Below, piece after piece: positions 61,166-64,000 of a stretch of 64,000 nucleotides of DNA. The translations under genes and the position numbers were made by a program. The DNA is taken from the NCBI RefSeq assembly GCF_963921235.1, contig NC_086109.1, positions 13,642,001 through 13,706,000 of the forward strand, given 5' to 3'. Each line of letters starts with the position of its first letter. The first letter of the stretch is position 1. Below the pieces are notes generated by a model. It did not search any database, was not told where the DNA came from, and saw nothing but the letters and a program-made list of their open reading frames with translations. Source of the stretch: Mobula hypostoma (lineage: Eukaryota).

Positions 61166-64000
61166 AATTAGGGGGAAAAATTAAAATACTGAATTGGGAT
61201 AATTTCGCTAAATGGAGTTATTAGCAGAGCTGCATCCTCCAGCTACTTGCTTTGCAAAATTCTGAATTTTTAAAGGCTTTTTATTGTGCACCTGTTTAAA
61301 GGAGGTTCTGTCAAAGAGGAGCTCCTGACCAGAATATTCTGCTAATGAGCCCCTCTGAATACCTTCATTTCCCTTTTTAAAAAGAACCTCTCGGGGAAGT
61401 GTGCATCAGACTGTAGTTAACTCGGGTAGTAGAGCAGGAAGTTGTAACCAAATTTATACCTGAATTTGACAGGATCTTCTCATTGTGTTTTACTTATGGC
61501 GGTCCCTCCCTCTGGGTGTGTTTGGAATTTGCATGGATGTTTCCAAAAACTGGGCCATATTAACCTAGAATTCTCCATTATCCCAATCTTCATGTCCTCC
61601 TGGTATGGGTTTCTGAAAACTGACTGCATGAGTATTTTAACTGAAGATTATGCAGCTATTTACACAAAGCTAAACTGACTTCTGAGGCACAAGTAAACCA
61701 CAATGGGAAGTCATTGTTCTCAAGCTCAGCACTGAGGGGCTTTTGGCACGGCTCTGTCAATTATTTCCAAAATGCCTAGTGTTGTAAATAGCCCATGCTT
61801 TGGTGCTCAGCTAAAGTTCAGGGAGGAGCTATTCTTGCGGGAACCCTAATCCAAGCATGGCCTATTTTTAGAAAGCCCAGTTATTATCCAGATGCTGCAT
61901 CTTTTCTCACTCTACCTTGCATTCAGATAGACGCCCTACCTGCCAGTTGTGGTCAGCTCCGAACGTCACTCAGTTTATTGAGTGAAGAACTTTCCAGACA
62001 CTCCCAAGAGATGGTTGGCCATATAAATGCTCTTCATTCAGTTGATCTGAGCCAGGGTTGGAAGACCAACATCAACTTTCTGGCTGTACATTACTGTGAC
62101 CAGTTCACAGCACTTAACTGCCTTTGCCTCGATATCCTGTGTTAACTAGGATGATTTAATTGTACTTCTGCCATTGAATAATATTGTTGTTAGCAGTTTC
62201 TGCAGGTACAACAATCTTTTCTATTTCAGAGCACCCCAGTTTGATTTTAATCCCAATCCACAGCAGTGGGCTAGGTGCTCCTTCTGAATGCAATGTTGCA
62301 ATTTCTAATTTTACCTGTGGTTTCACGTATGTCATTGTTTGCTGTGTTTGGGGGTGGGGAGAGCCACTTAATGTAGGTAACTCTGGGTGATAGAGCTGGA
62401 AGCACTGAAACTTGCTAATTAGAAAGCTGTGGTATCTCCTTTTGCTTAGTATAATATGTCCATTGGTATTTATCATGAACTCTTGTATGAAGCAGAATAT
62501 TGATTTTTATTAATTGCTGTGGGGCTTGTCACTAAATACCCTGCCCAACTTAAACTTGAGTCCCTGTTCTCACAGAAATGGGGAGCTATAGTACTTGCTC
62601 TGGATAAATTTGCCATGTTCCCCTCTTAGATAAACTTCCTTGATGAAGTGACACTTGTAGTCATTTTGGAGATTTGACTCAAGTAAATATTTGTCTTTTC
62701 TAATGTCAATCCTGTTGGGTGGAGATGGAATTCTGCTTGTGATTTCTCATTGGCTTTCACGGGACCGGGCACCACTGCTGTTGAGTCCCTGATACTCTTG
62801 AGAAGTTGCCCAGGCGTGGCTGACTTCTAGCCTCAGTGGGAGTCTGGAAATGACCAAAGCAAATGGGGATACTCCAGTGAAGTTTCAAGTAGTTTTGAGA
62901 TTGAGGGTTGGGGTTTGCTACCATATTGAAAGCATGCAGGAGGTGCTGCTTACGGATTTGGGGAGGTTGCTTTTGTGTTTTTCTTCAATAGGTGCAGATG
63001 ACCTGGAGGACCAGAGTCGGACCCGTGTGTTTTTGGTAGTAAATATATTAGCCATAATTACATCACACAAAAAAAAAATCGGTAATCCTAGGCCGACCAA
63101 GGCTGCAGAATCCCTTGGAAGATATGTTAAAGAATGGGGTATTTTCCAGCCGGCTGTAACCGTGTAGCTGGGCACCTGCTGCACTTTTGAACTTTTTCGG
63201 AGGAGTTGATTTTTAATCCCTGGCTTCCTGCAGTTCAACAGAGCAGAAGATGGACTCATTCTAGCACCTTCACGTAGAGTATTTCTAAGGCAGTTTGTGT
63301 ATGCAAATTGCAAATATTTCTACCCAGTGTATGTGAAGATGGAGATGACCCATTGCCATTTATAACTGACGGATTCAGTGTTGGTTGGCCTACAGGAGCA
63401 CGTTGACTGGAAGACTGATAAGCACTTGCACAGCTGACCACTCGAAAGGTACATCTGCTAATCCTTTATGATATCTTCCTTCACTAGTGCAGTATTGGTT
63501 TAAACCATCCTTTGGTGCATGTGGAATGACAAATACCCCTGCAGCATTCAGGGAACTTTGCCCTAGTCTTTAATATCCTTGTGTTCATCTGATGTGCCAG
63601 ACAACCAATTCTCAGTGGGTATTTTGAAGTGCTTCCCATGTTTGTTGAGCTTAACATTTGAAATTATGCTTATGTTATAACATGACTGCAGCTTCCTTCT
63701 ATAGTAAAATGCATTTAATTTTCATCTGGTTGGTTGCCTTTATTATTTTACAGTTTATTGTAGTTCAAGTCACATTGAAGTTTAAATTTTTTATTGTAAA
63801 TCTTATCTTGAATTATATACTATCTAGATCCCAAATTATTATATACCTAGTCTGGTGTCTGCAGCTGAGGGCTCCAAAGCATTAAACTTCTATACAGCTA
63901 CAGAAAATATCTTAAAGAGAAGGATAGAAAGAGCACAATACAGGTTTTCACTGGTTTGCCAGTCTTCCCAACTACTCTGTGGCCCTTGATTCTGAGTGTG

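Noticed and set aside
60504..64000. Intronic C/D or H/ACA snoRNAs (e.g. TGATGA at ~62641, CTGA at ~63589, hairpin at ~61300-61340)
   Set aside because: No properly spaced C/D pair with a terminal stem, and no two-hairpin H/ACA layout. An Rfam scan is needed.
1..64000. Prokaryotic systems (operons, CRISPR arrays, retrons)
   Set aside because: The window is vertebrate-type repeat-rich DNA. All RT and nuclease motifs belong to eukaryotic transposons, and no repeat-spacer array was seen.

Overview
Eukaryotic genomic DNA, most likely from a cartilaginous fish. This is inferred from the HE1/V-SINE-like SINEs, CR1, Rex-Babar and Penelope repeats and was not confirmed by any search. Positions ~1-58,100 form an almost continuous, deeply nested transposon graveyard: CR1, Rex1/Babar, RTE and Tx1 LINE fragments, two decayed Gypsy proviruses, solo LTRs, Chapaev3, Tigger/pogo, Tc1/mariner and hAT elements, and several SINEs. 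No host protein-coding exon is recognisable there. The most notable structure is a Penelope-like (GIY-YIG) retroelement family. Its copies carry a minimal type I hammerhead ribozyme motif ~100 nt from their 3' end and often insert as tail-out inverted (palindromic) units with 12-15 bp target duplications. At the right end, an intact tRNA-Lys(UUU) gene lies divergent from a CpG-rich YY1/ETS/CCAAT Pol II promoter of an unidentified gene. A near-intact Tc1-type transposon with DD38E spacing and a catalytic D-to-Y change follows in the presumed first intron, then ~3.5 kb of TE-poor sequence. Coordinates of degraded repeats are approximate and were read by eye.
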